Part shown: in pieces, positions 50,416 through 63,406 of the stretch
How positions within the stretch are numbered: position 1 is the stretch's first letter
Layout of the letters: every line of letters begins with the position of its first letter
From: Felis catus
Lineage: Eukaryota
Direction of reading: 5' to 3'
Length of the DNA stretch: 64,000 nt
NCBI RefSeq assembly: GCF_018350175.1
Contig: NC_058382.1
Span: forward strand, 59,026,001 to 59,090,000
Notes under the pieces: generated by a model
The model's database searches: none
What the model was told of the DNA's origin: nothing
Seen by the model: only the letters and a program-made list of their open reading frames with translations
Translations under genes and position numbers: made by a program

Positions 50416-53400
50416 CATTTTGTTCCTCTTTTAGCCACGTCTTCAACGTACTCTATGATTTTAAAGTTGCTTGGAGCTAAGCAAGAAAGAGACCAGCGTG
50501 CTGGACGGCATTTGCAAATTACTTTCGGTTCGTGGCTCTGAAAAGAAGGGTTACGCGAAGTTTTGGTAGCCGCACCCCTTTCTCAGGGGCAGGGTTTGAA
50601 AACATGGCGGCTCAAAAGCTCCTGGGGAATGTGTGTGGGTATGTGCTGGGAGTCTGTTCTCCAAAGGGAATCTCTGGCAGGTACTAATTTGAGGGAGAAA
50701 AAAAAAGGGGAGTTTTTTAAAATTTTGTTTTGTTTTGTTTTGTTTTTTAAGGCAAGTCATCGTGAGCAGCAGAGAAAGGGGCAGGGGGGAAAAATCACAG
50801 CGTGTTCTAATTGCGACTCGGCAACTTTATAAACACGACTTACACATGTATCACTTATAATCACGGTCCTGGCCCGAGCAATAATTATGATAAATCCTGT
50901 GTCAACCCTGCTTAGAAGTCCTTATGAGGTAGTCGGAAATTAGTCCACAATCTAGACAACAGTTCAATAAAAGTCCGATCCAACCCAGCCTCCCCGCATC
51001 TGGAATCCCACACGGCCTGTAATCAGACGTTCACCAAATCACACTTTCTCGTTGCCAAACGCCTTGGCAGGTTATAGCATAAACAGGTCTTGAATTCATT
51101 AAGCTGCATTTTTTTCGCCTTCCAATTAGCTCTAAGTTGTACACTTCAAGCATAGCATGTCAAGAGCTCAGTTTCAAGGTATAATGATACGGCATAGAGG
51201 CCAAAGTCCTGGCCTTTGGTTGGAAATGTCGGGTGGGGGGTCTTTACCGAACTGATCTTGGACTGGCTTCGGCGGGTGGCCTTGGAGATGGGCAGAGAGA
51301 CGTTGGCAAGGAAGCATCCTTTGTAAGGGGTCGCTCGGTGTAAAAAGTCAGCCCACACCAGTGGGGCTTTGAGTGCTAGTCACCGGGTCCTCCAACACAG
51401 TCACCCGAGGAGCCGGTTTTGTTTTTTCAGTATTCCCATTCCCCCCCTCAGTGATCCCACCTCTGTGGGCTCGGCCACAGACCAGGCCTTCTGGTGACAG
51501 CGTTGAAACACCGCCACGTCACTCAACCCGCACTGTGCGTTCTCATCCGCAGGGCACCCGTGGAAGAAACGATGGCATTCCCCTAATATTCTAGCTCGTT
51601 CTTTTGAACTTACGGTTCGATAGCTTTGGGCCGGACACAGGAGATTCGGGGCAGGGACAGAAAGAGGAGATTCTAAAACAGTCGGACCTTCAAGCCCGCC
51701 GAGGCCAAGGCCGTCCCGTGTTAAAGGGAAGGCCGAGCCCACAGGGGGAAGCAGTGGCTGACCAGGAGCAGAGTGGGGTTTGGAGGGAAAAATCGTGCCT
51801 TTCGGTGAGAGGGCACCCTTCACTTTTCGGCGGTGATTCACCTTCCTGACCTCGCTTCAGACCCCGAGGAGCCCGGGCATGGGCACCGAGCCCCACTTCC
51901 TGCTGAAGACCCCAAGGGGCGAGGAGGCTGTGTTCCTGCACGAGGCCACGCGGTCAGTTGCAGCCGACCAGGACTGCGCTCCGGGTCAAATTCAGATCAC
52001 GCCTTTTTGCGAGGGCACAGGGTCCTGGGGGTTTTATCAAGGACAAGACAGAGAGCGCCACAGGACCGTGGCTTTTAGATATTTTACGCCCACCGCCAAT
52101 AAGACGTCATTTTCCGTGGTCACGCAGCGTGGTGGAGAATGTTCGCTGGCCTCCGTCCCCCCTTTCTTGCTTTTGGTGGCAGAACTTCCGCAGGATCGGT
52201 ACCGGGGGAGGGCCCGGCTGCTCGGCTGGAAGACTGCGTTCCCCATCAGTCTCTCCCAGCGTGGAGGCCTGACCTTGAGACTAAGTGCCGGCCAACGGGA
52301 TGAGAGGAAGCGTGTGCATGCATCCCGTCGTGTCCTCGTCCTCGTCACCCTCTCCTCTGCGCTGTAGCAGCCCTGATGCTTCGAGCTGATGGAGGTGAGA
52401 CCCGGGCAGGGGGAGAACGATGGGAAGAACGTGGTGTCTAGATCACGGCACAGAGCAGAGCCACCTGCTAACCCTGACCCACCTGCCCACTTCCGTGTGG
52501 TGCTGAGAGGGGAAGAAAATCCCAGCTGGTCGATACGCTCCATTTGGGGTTTCTGTATCGCAGCAGCGTGTTCCCTAACGCGCCCAGTGTCCACTCACAC
52601 CCACACCCGTGCCCAGACACAATTGACATGCGTTTCAACAACGCCTCATCGCACCAAGTGAAATGTGCTCTGGTCTCTCCTCTCCTATCTTATCCTGACC
52701 TACCCTACCCTACCTTACCCTGTTCTATTTTCCCAAAAAACGCATATCATCATCACGCTGACTTCAGGACCCACGTTATGACCTGCAGGCCCGGGGCATC
52801 TGGGACCCAGCCACATCCTTCGTTGAGTGACCCACAGACACAGCACCTTGAGGAGAGGTGGAAGGAAGCATCTGCTCCGGCAGGTGGGACCAAGACAGAT
52901 CAATGCAAAACGGCACAGGAGCAGGACTCATGGGGGTGCAGCCTTCACACGCACTGTTCCGGGGGTGCTGCTGGGGTCCGTGCGGAGCCGAGGCTACGTG
53001 GGGGCCGTGCAGGTGTGTTCACGACGCGAGAGCCACGGACTGTGCTCCCAGGAGCGTGAGAGCGCCGCAGAGAACTGAGGCGTGTGCCTCTCCAATCCCA
53101 GAGCCCGGGAGGCGCGTGTTCCACCCGGGAGCTCCCCTGTGCCCTGGAGGAGGTGCCTGGGAATACGGATTCCCCCCTCCTCCGGGCACTTTGTTCAGTG
53201 CAGCCTTTTCTCTGTTTGCCACTTTCTATCGGATTTTCATCTTCCTCCGGGCTGCTCCCCCCGCCCCAACTTCTTTGCTAACGTTACGGGCAACAGGTGT
53301 GGGGGGCGGGGAGGAAAGAATATGTCCCTTGAGCCTACGTGTTGGCTGCATGACCCTGGGGAAGTTGTGTAAGCCTTTCTATCCTTGGTTTGCTCATCTA

Positions 53401-56400
53401 TGAAATGGGTGCAGTGGCACGTGTCCAGTGAGGATTAGCCTCTGGGAAGAGTCAGGTGACTGGTGACCTTTGAGCAGCTACAGCTACTCTGATCGGCACT
53501 GGGTAAAACAGATGATGAGATGATGTATGAAAGGTGCTGACGTGGCTTCTGGCTGGTTTGGGGATCATAATGTCACCTGTCACGTGTGTCTCATCTATCA
53601 TTGTTATTACATCGTCAGCTCCTTGGAGATTTGGGCACTAACTGAAAACAAATCAGACATCATCTCAGTTAACAGAAGGGCAGACAGAACTTTGCGGTCA
53701 AAGTTTTGCAGTAAAAATGGTCGTAAAAATGGTTGCTATCATGTAAAGAATTCGGTGGCTGAAAGGACTCTAATCGAGGATTCTTTTTTATTATTAATAC
53801 TTCACTTAAAATCAAAGAAAAACACCACAACTACCTCTCCCAAATCCTGATACTACCACACGACATTGCAAGGATATTTAGGTTAAACTAAAAAAAAACC
53901 TTTCCCACTATTTGCCGAAACACAATAAATGAACATGACGTCTGCAGACTTTGAGAAGACGGCCGCATAACCTTTCACAAAGAAACAGAACACACGTTTC
54001 GGGGAAGCAAAGTGTCTTAAACACGGAGGATTTTGCAATGAGCTTTGGGACCCCGAGGTTTGCATTTGGGACGGCACGTCGGGGACAGTCAGCGGGTCGC
54101 TCCGCGTCTGTACCCGAGGGTCGGCGGGTGGCCACGCCTGCCTCACGGGGTCACTTCTATTGAAAACATGTGGGCACCGCCTCACTCTCCAGGCATGCAG
54201 CTTGACGCGCTGGGAAAGCCGAGTGAGCTGGCACTCGGTCCCTGTCACCTGCACAGTCTGCCGTGGACGGGGCCCCAAGGCTTCTGTGAGCAGCCTCACC
54301 TACGAGTGGCTTTGCCTTCTCAGGAGAGTGAGCTCGCATCCCGGACAGACGGGGCCCGGGGAGGGCTGAGATGCACCCTCGCTGCGGAGCCCTCGCTCCG
54401 CCGACGGAGCCCTCCCCCGTGCACCAGGCACCGCCACCAGCAGCATCTCCCCGGACGTGGCACCGTGGCGTCGCCTCCTACAGGTGCGGGCCCAGGTGCC
54501 GAGCGGTGGAGCAGCTCTTCCCAGCTGCGGGACTGAGCCCCAAACCCAGCTGGGCATGACCTCGAGCCCCTCATCCTGGCCCAGGGGAGACGCGGCCCAG
54601 GAAGCGGGCAGCGCCCTTCCCGTCTGCCGGGCAAGGGCCGATCCCCACGTCCCTGAGGACAGCCGCGGATGCGGGGTGCGCGGTGCAGAAGTTTCTCTCC
54701 CTTCCCCACTCCCTCTTCGAAGGACCACAGAAACCCCGGGCGGAAGGGAGCCCCGCGTGCGTCTGCACAGCCCTCGGCATGCAGGCGACGGCACAGCGAG
54801 TCCAGAAATGTCCTCCGGGGAGCGTGGCTGGCAGGTAGCAACGTGACCACAGGACGAAACCTTCACCGAGGTCACTGCCGACGCCGAGGGAAAATTTCAA
54901 TTTCGGCAAGAAAACGCATTCATTTCTGCCTGTTTTGGGTTGATGGATGTGTCCGCTGAAACCCGCTCGAAATATACATATGTATATATTTTAAAGCGAC
55001 TTTTAGTTTATTTAGAGTTAAAATAAACCTCGGTAAATATTTTTGTGCTCTCTTTTTACCCTGCCACAAATAAAATATAATGAGCTCGACGTTGAGATAA
55101 TCCTCTGATTTTTTTTTTCCTCCGCAGACATTTTAGTTAAAGGACAAAGAGTTTCTTATTTTTGGGTTCATAAAACATTCTACATTTATGGCTTCATTTT
55201 TCTGAAATCCAGATCAAAGCCTGGCTGTGAAATTTTACTGTCCCACTGCTCACGGGTCTGTTGACTTAGTACATACTTCAAAAATCCCTTCTTCCCTCTA
55301 GACCCTCTGACCACCTCCCCCCCCCACCCTCTTTTTTAAAGGATATTTGCATTTGACACTATTCAGGACCTCGGAGACGTGGATTGACAGAGCGAGGTGG
55401 GGGGTAGCTGAAACAACATTTTGCTGCGCTCTAATTAAAAGAATTAACCGTATTCGTGGCGAGGCCCTCGCTGCAAAGCTCTTGCTTCCTCGGGTACTCG
55501 ACGCTCTTGTGCTCAGGGCAAGCGAGCGCCCCTTCTCAGCCTGTGATCTCCCTCCTACGCCTGCTCACTGGATGCCTTTACGATCTTTGTTTATATTAAT
55601 CCCCAAAGAACTAAGCTTCATTTCATTTTATTTGGGAGAGAAATCCAGCAGAGAAGAGTTCAGGAGACCCAAATGTTTCCATAATTGCTTTGCGTTCTGA
55701 ATGTATTTCAGGCTGACAGCTGAGATAAAATGCCCCTTGCGGTCTGGTGTTGGGAATCATTTTTCAGAGCCGTGTGTGGGAAATTGAGCCGGGGCTGTGG
55801 CGGGCGGGTCGGCTCGGGGCGGGGGGGGGGGGGGGGGGGGGGAGGCTGCGGCGAAGGGGCCCCCGCCCGTCCCTTTAAACCGCTGTTTCGAGCCTTGGTG
55901 GCACTCACTCCTCGGATGAGCAACTGTGATACTGGAAACAAATTTGCGGAGAAGCAAATGGGAGGAGGGCGGGCCCTTGTTTACCTCTGATGTCGTGTTT
56001 CTTAAATTGCCCCCAGTTTCTTTTTCCACCCACTTGGATAATTTCTGCCTTCGGTGGTGACGGAAATGAACAGGGGCCAGAATCCTACAAGCTATTCCCA
56101 GGATGAATGCAGCCAGGCGCAGGCCAAACCATGGATGTGTCATGAGAAAAGCCGGGTCCGGAACAGGGGCTCCCGGAAGTTCGGGGAGCTGCGTTCTTCC
56201 TCGTCCCACAACAGGGTGGCCTCACTCTGGATGTGCTCTCTGGCATGATCTCAAGCTCTCTTTCTCCCCATCCAAATAACGGGCCCATTTTATTTTGGCC
56301 CTTCCTGTAGGCCTAGAAATCTCCGCGGATAGTTTCAGAGCGCTGGTGAGATACTTGGGAAGAAATCATGAAGCCGGAGCCGTCCTGCAGAAGGTCTGCT

Positions 56401-56699
56401 TCCTAGGAACTCGGAGGCTATGTGATCCTGCGCCCAACGTGTCCGGCTTTCTCAGAAGCCATTCCCAGATGGAGTATAGTTTGGGGGGAAATTTCAGGAA
56501 GTACATAGTCTGAACGGTGGTTCTCAAAGGTTTTAGTCTTATACTCTTAAAAATTACCGAGAGTTTGGTCTGGGTGGGTTATGTCAATCAATACCCGTTG
56601 TATTAGAGTTTAAAACTGAGAAACGTTTACAGTATGTATTAATTTATTCAAAAATGACAGTAATGAACCCATAACCTAAATAATTCACTAAATTTTGTT

Positions 56700-56802
56700 T
56701 AAAGTTTTATTTAAGTAATCTCTACCCCCAACGTGGGGCTCAAACTCATGACCCTGAGATCAAGAGTCAAACACACTTCAAACGGAGCCAGCCAGGCGCC
56801 CC
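56700..56802 (-). mobile_element. Short older CAN-SINE
   Basis: aagtaatctctacccccaacgtggggctcaaactc...gatcaagagtc...gccagccaggcgcccc. Confidence 0.88.
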
Positions 56803-56819
56803 TAAATCATTCATTAAAA

Positions 56820-56839
56820 ATTTTTTTTAAATGTTTATT

Positions 56840-56875
<36 letters not shown>

Positions 56876-57048
56876 CATGAGTGGGGAAGGGGCAGAGAGA
56901 GAGGGAGACACAGAATCCGAAGCAGGCTCCAGGCTCCAGGCTCCGAGCGGTCAGCACAGAGCCCGATGCAGGGCTCGAACTCACAAACCGGGAGATCATG
57001 ACCTGAGCCGAAGTCGGATACTTAACCGACTGAGCCACCAGGTGCCCC
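56820..57048 (-). mobile_element. CAN-SINE
   Basis: Typical body with an extra GGCTCCA unit. Confidence 0.94.
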
Positions 57049-60000
57049 TGATTATACAGTATTTTAAACATCACATCAATGAACACCACCACCAATATCA
57101 TCAGAAAAGTCTTTAAGAATTGGGAGGCTGTCAACTGCACAGTGGTGAATACACATTTTCCAAAATTCTAATGTCTACCCCAACTTTCCTATTTTGTCAC
57201 TGGCAGCAAACTGTGGGGTTGTTTTCCTTGACGTTCCAAGTCTCAGTAATGATGGTTTGTCTGTCACTTGCTCTTTCAAGAAAAAATGGTGTTTCATGAA
57301 AAATAAAAAATAAAAAAAAAGCTTGTTCAGCTCGAAACCCAGACAACTGCACATGCGCTTCTCCTTGAGTCACCACCGTCCTTCGGTCTCAGGACCTCAT
57401 ATGTCGGTGGTCCAGACTCTGAGAAACACTACCCAGAATGTAACTCACTTGGATGCTTATTATAAATACACACGACTTCCTAATTTATAGACAAATGGTA
57501 TGCATTAAATATATTTGACTGGGTTTGGGGTCAAGCACATGGGGTGCAGTCTGTTCCATGAGATTTACACAGTACCTACTATGTGTTCTAGGCACTTGGG
57601 AAGCAGGTCGGCAAACAGTCCCATGTGGCCCACGTTCTGGTTCTTTCTCTCCGGGACTGGGGTCCATAGCAGGGGACTTTGCAGAATAACAGAGCTGGCG
57701 TTTCCTGAGCTCCCTCTGTGAGCCGGGCACGGTGCTGGGTATCTTTATTTACTTGTTAATACGCTGCCCTCCCTCCCTCCTGCCGTCTGTCCGCCTGTCC
57801 ACTCAGTGCGCATGTAGTGAGCGCCTCCTGTGGGACCAGCCAGTGCCGTCTCCGCCTCGGTGCGTCCCGGCCAGCGTGTGTCCCTCTCAGGGTACCAGCG
57901 GGCTGTCACTGGACACACAGGAAGTCAGGGGACGTCGTGACAGCTGTGCGGGGGAGGTTACCGAGGGCGGGGAGGGCTGCTCTGGGGACCCGTGCTCGGG
58001 CCGGGAGGTACAGGAGGAGTGTGGAGTGAGTAGCTGTGGCCAGGTGAGGAACATCCTGGACGGAGGCAGGAAGCAGCCCGGCGTGGCCAGGGAGCGAGGG
58101 TGGGGGAGGCTGGGGGGGGGGCGGCAGGGGAGGGCTCACGTCTCACTTCTCACTGAGAAGGACGGAGGCCCGTCGGCGGGTTCTGCGTGGCAACCTGACC
58201 GAGGACCATAGTGACCTCTGCCCTGCTCTGCTCGTGGAGAACAGCAGGCTGCTGCAGGGGAGTGGGAGGGCGGGGAGAGAGAGGGAACCCTGAGGGGTGG
58301 TTCGGGGCCGTTGTCGGGTCTGGGGGTGGGGGCAGGGGGCGGTTTGGGCCAGGGCGGCAGCAGCCAGAGAGGAGGTCCCGCGTGCTCTGCAGACGGCCGC
58401 ACTGTTCCAACAGACCTCATCGCCACCATCCGAGGGAGGCTTCCTGGGGCCATTTTGCAACGTGCACATTCAGAGGGTGGAGATGATTCGCCCAAGGGCC
58501 CCCAGGTCACACCCGAGGAGCCCGAGCCGGCCCTCACCCGCTGTCCCTCACAGGGCCCGTTGGGTGCTGTCCAGGCACCGGACGGGTATCAGCTCGCGCC
58601 ATCCCCCCACAACCCCACGAGACGGGCACTGTCACCGTCACCCCACGTTACAGATGAGAAAATCAAGACCCGGAGGCAAAGTCGCTTTCCCGGGACACCC
58701 GCGCTGGCTTTGCGCTCAGGCCGCCTCCTCGTGGCCTGCGCCCCCAGCCCTGGCCCCACTGCCTCGCTGCCCCCCGACTGCACGGTCTTTCCCAGCGGCC
58801 CCCTCATCGGTTCCACGGGGCCCACGAGAGAAGGCGGAATGCTTTCAGCGCAGACACCATGACGCCTCCCCAGCGCGTTATCGCGTGCTGATGAGGGCGC
58901 TGTTGGTTACCGCGAGCGATGGGTCACCGGCTCAGCATCAACTCCAGGAGACAAAACGGACTCAGAATCTCAGCGAACTGCCTTCAGAAGCCATATCCTT
59001 TCTCCTGAACCCAGAGCCTTAGCCTGTGCACTAGAGAGGGGGAGTAGCGTCCCTGCCTGGAGCTCTTGGGGTTCGGGGTGGGGTTGATCCACGAGTCCCC
59101 TGAAGACCGTGCCAGATGCTGTGTCCGCGGGCATCTGGATTCTTCTGGGGGGGAGGGCCGCCAGCCGCGCCCCAACGGTGCTCCCGGGCCGTCAGCTTCC
59201 GCTCGACTCCGCACCCCGGAAATCCTCAAGCATTTTCTTGGAAAACTTCAGTCGGAAGGGCCTGCCGTGGGGGAGCAGGTGGGGTCTTGCATCGGGGATG
59301 CGTTCTGTGGAGGTGAAGGTCCAGCCATCCCTGGTGAGTCGCGGGTTTTATCTCGGGCTGTGCCGCGTGCCCCCCTCACAGCCTTACCGCGGTGGGGGCG
59401 CCACAATGTCCACTGATGGGCTGACTGGGTCCCTGTTGCTCTAATTTTCCAGCCGAGACCTCGCGCCCTGGTGCTCTGACCACCTGCGCCTGTGGTCTTT
59501 TGCGGCGGGGGTGGGGGGCGTGACCTGGCTCGTGGGCTGTGTTTCTCATCTTCTCTGTGGATGCTGGGGAGCATTGAACCCACCCTGTTTACACACTCAA
59601 CCCGCGTCTCCTGGCTGCAACTGTGCGGAAGAAATCCCGCCCTTGCCCGGTCCACGGAAAGGAAAACCGTCCTTCCCCGACAGAGAGTCCCAGAGCGCGT
59701 CCCAACCGCTCAGACGGGCAGGCAGGCTCCGTGGGCACGACGCCTCGGACAAGGGTCAGCTCCTTGCTTGACTTCCTGAAGGACTTGTCTGGAAATGGGA
59801 TTTTATCAATTCATTTGTACTTACTTATTGAGCCTCCGCCGTGTCCCCGGCACCATGAATCAGTGCTGAGAAGCTTCAGACCCTCATGCTCGCGCCCTCG
59901 TGAATCCACTGTGGGCTTACTTAATCAGACTTTCTCTGCTGTCAGGGTTTCCAGAGATTAAAAAAGAAAGCCAGAGAGCTGATTCATTATCATGAATATT

Positions 60001-60104
60001 TCACCCCGAACCTGCTTTCTATCAAATCATCTGTGTTTCCTCATCTACAAAAGTATGCGTGTTAATGCTTTTCTTTTTCCGATGGTGTTTGTGAACTTTC
60101 AAGG

Positions 60105-60128
60105 GAAAAAGAAGGAAAGAAAGAAGGA

Positions 60129-60196
<68 letters not shown>

Positions 60197-60198
60197 GA
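60105..60198. repeat. (GAAA)n microsatellite
   Basis: Directly visible. Confidence 0.97.
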
Positions 60199-60622
60199 GA
60201 GGTTGGAGAAATGAGCAGCCATTTCAGGAATTTCCAGAGTAAATGAGGCTTTGAGTAGAGCCTATGATCACTGTGCATAATTCATTAAAAACAAATCACT
60301 CAGCAAAACTGGGGGAACCGGCCTCCTCAGACCACGTCTCTGTGCCATGTGGTGGCCATCCAATCCACGCTGCTGCTAATGAAGCTCTTGATATAAATTT
60401 GAGAGTAAACAGATTCGGACAACTTTATTTGCTGGGAAAGCAGCAGCGAGAATCCTTGCCCGAATCACACAGGCCCTGAAAATGCGGTCTGGAGAAAATT
60501 ACCCTTCTGAAGACGTGTGCGCGTGTGCCCCTGTGCGCGTCTGTGCATGCGCACGTGTGCGTTGTGGAGAATTATTCTGCATCGCTACAAAGCTGTAGAA
60601 ACACAAACCATCCTGTGTTTTC

Positions 60623-60818
60623 TTTTTTAATTTTTTTTTCAACGTTTTTTATTTATTTTTGGGACAGAGAGAGACAGAGCATGAACGGGGGAGGGGCAGA
60701 GAGAGAGGGAGACACAGAGTCGGAAACAGGCTCCAGGCTCTGAGCCATGAGGCCAGAGCCCGATGCGGGGCTCGAACCCACGGACCGCGAGATCGTGACC
60801 TGAGCTGAAGTCGGACGC
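60623..60818 (-). mobile_element. 5'-truncated young CAN-SINE
   Basis: Body stops at tcggacgc and lacks the A-box head. Confidence 0.92.
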
Positions 60819-60831
60819 GAAACGCTGTGGC

Positions 60832-61053
60832 TTTTTATAATTTTTTTTTTCAACGTTTATTTATTTTTGGGACAGAGAGAGACAGAGCATGAACGGGGGA
60901 GGGGCAGAGAGAGAGGGAGACACAGAATCCGAAACAGGCTCCAGGCTCCGAGCCATCAGCCCAGAGCCCGACGCGGGGCTCGAACTCACGGACCACGAGA
61001 TCGTGACCTGGCTGAAGTCGGACGCTTCACCGACTGCGCCACCCAGGCGCCCC
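60832..61053 (-). mobile_element. Full-length young CAN-SINE (SINEC_Fc-like)
   Basis: Near-consensus, CpG-rich. Confidence 0.95.
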
Positions 61054-61083
61054 TCCTGTGTTTTCAATAACTCATCTATTTCC

Positions 61084-61300
61084 GGGGCACCTGGGTGGCT
61101 CGGTCGGTTGAGCGTCCGACTTCGGCTCAGGGCACGATCTCGGTCCGTGGGTTCAAGCCCTGCGTCGGGCTCTGTGCCGACGGCTCGGAGCCTGGAGCCT
61201 GTCTCGGATTCTGGGTCTCCCTCTCTCTCTGCCCCTCCCATGCTCACGCTCTGTCTCTCTCTGTCTCTCAATAATAAACAAACATTAAAAAGAAATTTTA
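61084..61300 (+). mobile_element. CAN-SINE with TSD
   Basis: TSD AATAACTC(A/G)TCT(A/C)TTTCC at 61066-61083 and 61301-61318. Confidence 0.94.
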
Positions 61301-63371
61301 AATAACTCGTCTCTTTCCGATAGGGGGCAAGTTAAGAAAACAAGGACAACCCCTGTATTGAGCATTCCCCAGGCAGATGACGGCACGGCGATGCTTTTCC
61401 ACGTCTTGTGTGCTGTCATCTCCGCAAACCGGCCAGGTCTGCAACCGGGGGTGAGAGGGGAAGGGGTCTGCCCCTGACACGTGTCACACGTCCTGTTAGC
61501 AGCAGAGTGAAGACTTAAACGGAGGCTTCGAGTCCAAAGCACGTGCTTTTCGTCACTGCACTCTGTGCATAGACCTGGGAGATTCTTTGGAAGACACGAA
61601 AACTGGGAAGATGTCCCTTTTCTACCCACTTGAACGTAAACCTCTCAGGTGACCGGAGAAGGAGTAACCCTGGACACACACGCTCCAGATTAGAGGTCGA
61701 CCGTGAGCGTGGTCCCGAATTTGCTTATCCCTCGTTCCGCCTTGTCGTTTCCTGTGCTTTTTACGCTCGTTCTGTTGTGTTTTGTTCAGGAGTTACGTAA
61801 CAGGAGACCGTCCATTTAAGTTTGTGATTCTGACTCAAAATATTCCAGTTACCACAATTTCTGATGGTGAACGCGGTTCCGCAGGGAGGGAACCGACGCA
61901 CTGTCTAAGCCGCGGCTCCCGTCTGGCATAGGCCACGGTACTGAGCCAGCAAATGCCATCTTGGCCTAGACGTGAGAATATTCCATCGCGAGCTCTGCAG
62001 AAAGCAATAACGACAACTGAATTTCACCCCAAAGCCCGCGTCTGTGCCTGCAGCTGATCCGTAAGGAATTCACGGGGTGGTCCCGAGGCCAAGTGGAGGA
62101 TCTGTGTCCGTGGATGGCCACGTGGCGGCTCAGGACAGCTCTTAGACAAGTCCTCCCAACGCGGGGGGCAGGCTGGGATCTGGCTTATTCCTTCGTTGAC
62201 TTAACTGTTTCCTCTGGAACATGAGGGTGGTCGCTCATCACGGAAGCCGACCTCAGGGACTCAAGTGTCCGCTCCGAAGGGGTGTCCTCGCGAGGCGCGT
62301 GGAGGAGATAGATGTGCGTAAGGCAGGGCCACGTCAACTCACTGTCTTCTCCCTGAGCTCTGGATTCCCGAGGGAACCTTTGGCCCTTCTCCGATGCTCT
62401 CCCCACCTTATTTACTTGAGGAAAAAGTACAGAACACATGAATATTCTGAACTATTTCCAGAACGATTACACTCGCTGGCGGGCGATCCTTTCACGTTTC
62501 TGCCACATGGAACCCCATCTGGTCCCCTCGCCGTGGCCTTTATTTGGGGCGGGGGGATCAGGGAGGGAATTCGGAGACCACGCACGCTTCAACCCAGCAG
62601 ATTTGATTCCAACAAGAGAAGGCTCGGGTCCTCCAGACCTTCCACGTTTGCCTTTTTATTTTTTTGAACCGAGCTGGAGTCTGCTTGGCCACATTTCTGT
62701 TCTCTGGTGCTGCGGGCTGGTTGGCGCTGGCTCTGGTCAGAAGGGGAACAGAAAAATCCTCAGGGAAAGTACAGGATGTGACAGAAAACTGAGCTGGTGA
62801 ATCAGGGGTGGGCTGGTCTCCATTGTGTGAAAAGTGCAAGAGTTCTAGAAGGTTGTGGGCAGGAAATGGCATCGCTGAGTCAGTGCAGAGGACCTTGCTC
62901 TGTGAGTCAGGACCCGTGGACAGACACACCTTGGGGCACGGACGTGGATGGAGCCCCGGAGGAGGTTACAGCGGGGTTAATGGAAAAGAGCTTGCAAGCC
63001 TGTTGAGTATTGTTGTGGAGGAAACGGTCCCAAACTTCAGGCTTTTCAGGGAAAACAAGATGTGGAGATGCAGTCTCGGGTGGGTTCCCTGGGAGCAGAC
63101 TGTGGGACGGGGACGCGTGTGAAGGGGTGTATTAGGGAATCTCTCGGGGAGGCGGGGGAGTGAGAAAGGAGGGGTCCAGGCGAGGGTGAGGCCCGCAGTC
63201 TGAGCCGCCAGCGCTGGCTTCTGGGCAGCCGCTGTGCACCCACTCGGGCAGGAGGGCGGAGGGCACCGGGCTGTGCAGGGGGCCAGCTCGCCACGATCAC
63301 ATCCGCAGGCTGCGCCCTTCCCCACTCCGTGCTGAGTGACGGCCGTGGAAATTGGCAACGGCTACAATGCA

Positions 63372-63406
<35 letters not shown>

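Larger units (their letters stand above)
56515..57431 (+). mobile_element. Internally deleted Charlie1-like hAT DNA transposon carrying two nested SINEs
   Basis: Left end cggtggttctcaaag, right end ctctgagaaacact; internal actcttaaaaatta...aaaactgagaaa and catcagaaaagtctttaag resemble Charlie1. Confidence 0.72.

Noticed and set aside
5417..61300. tRNA-like A/B-box sequences and recurring ORFs such as GAEREGDTESE
   Set aside because: All are CAN-SINE heads or bodies, not tRNA genes or proteins.
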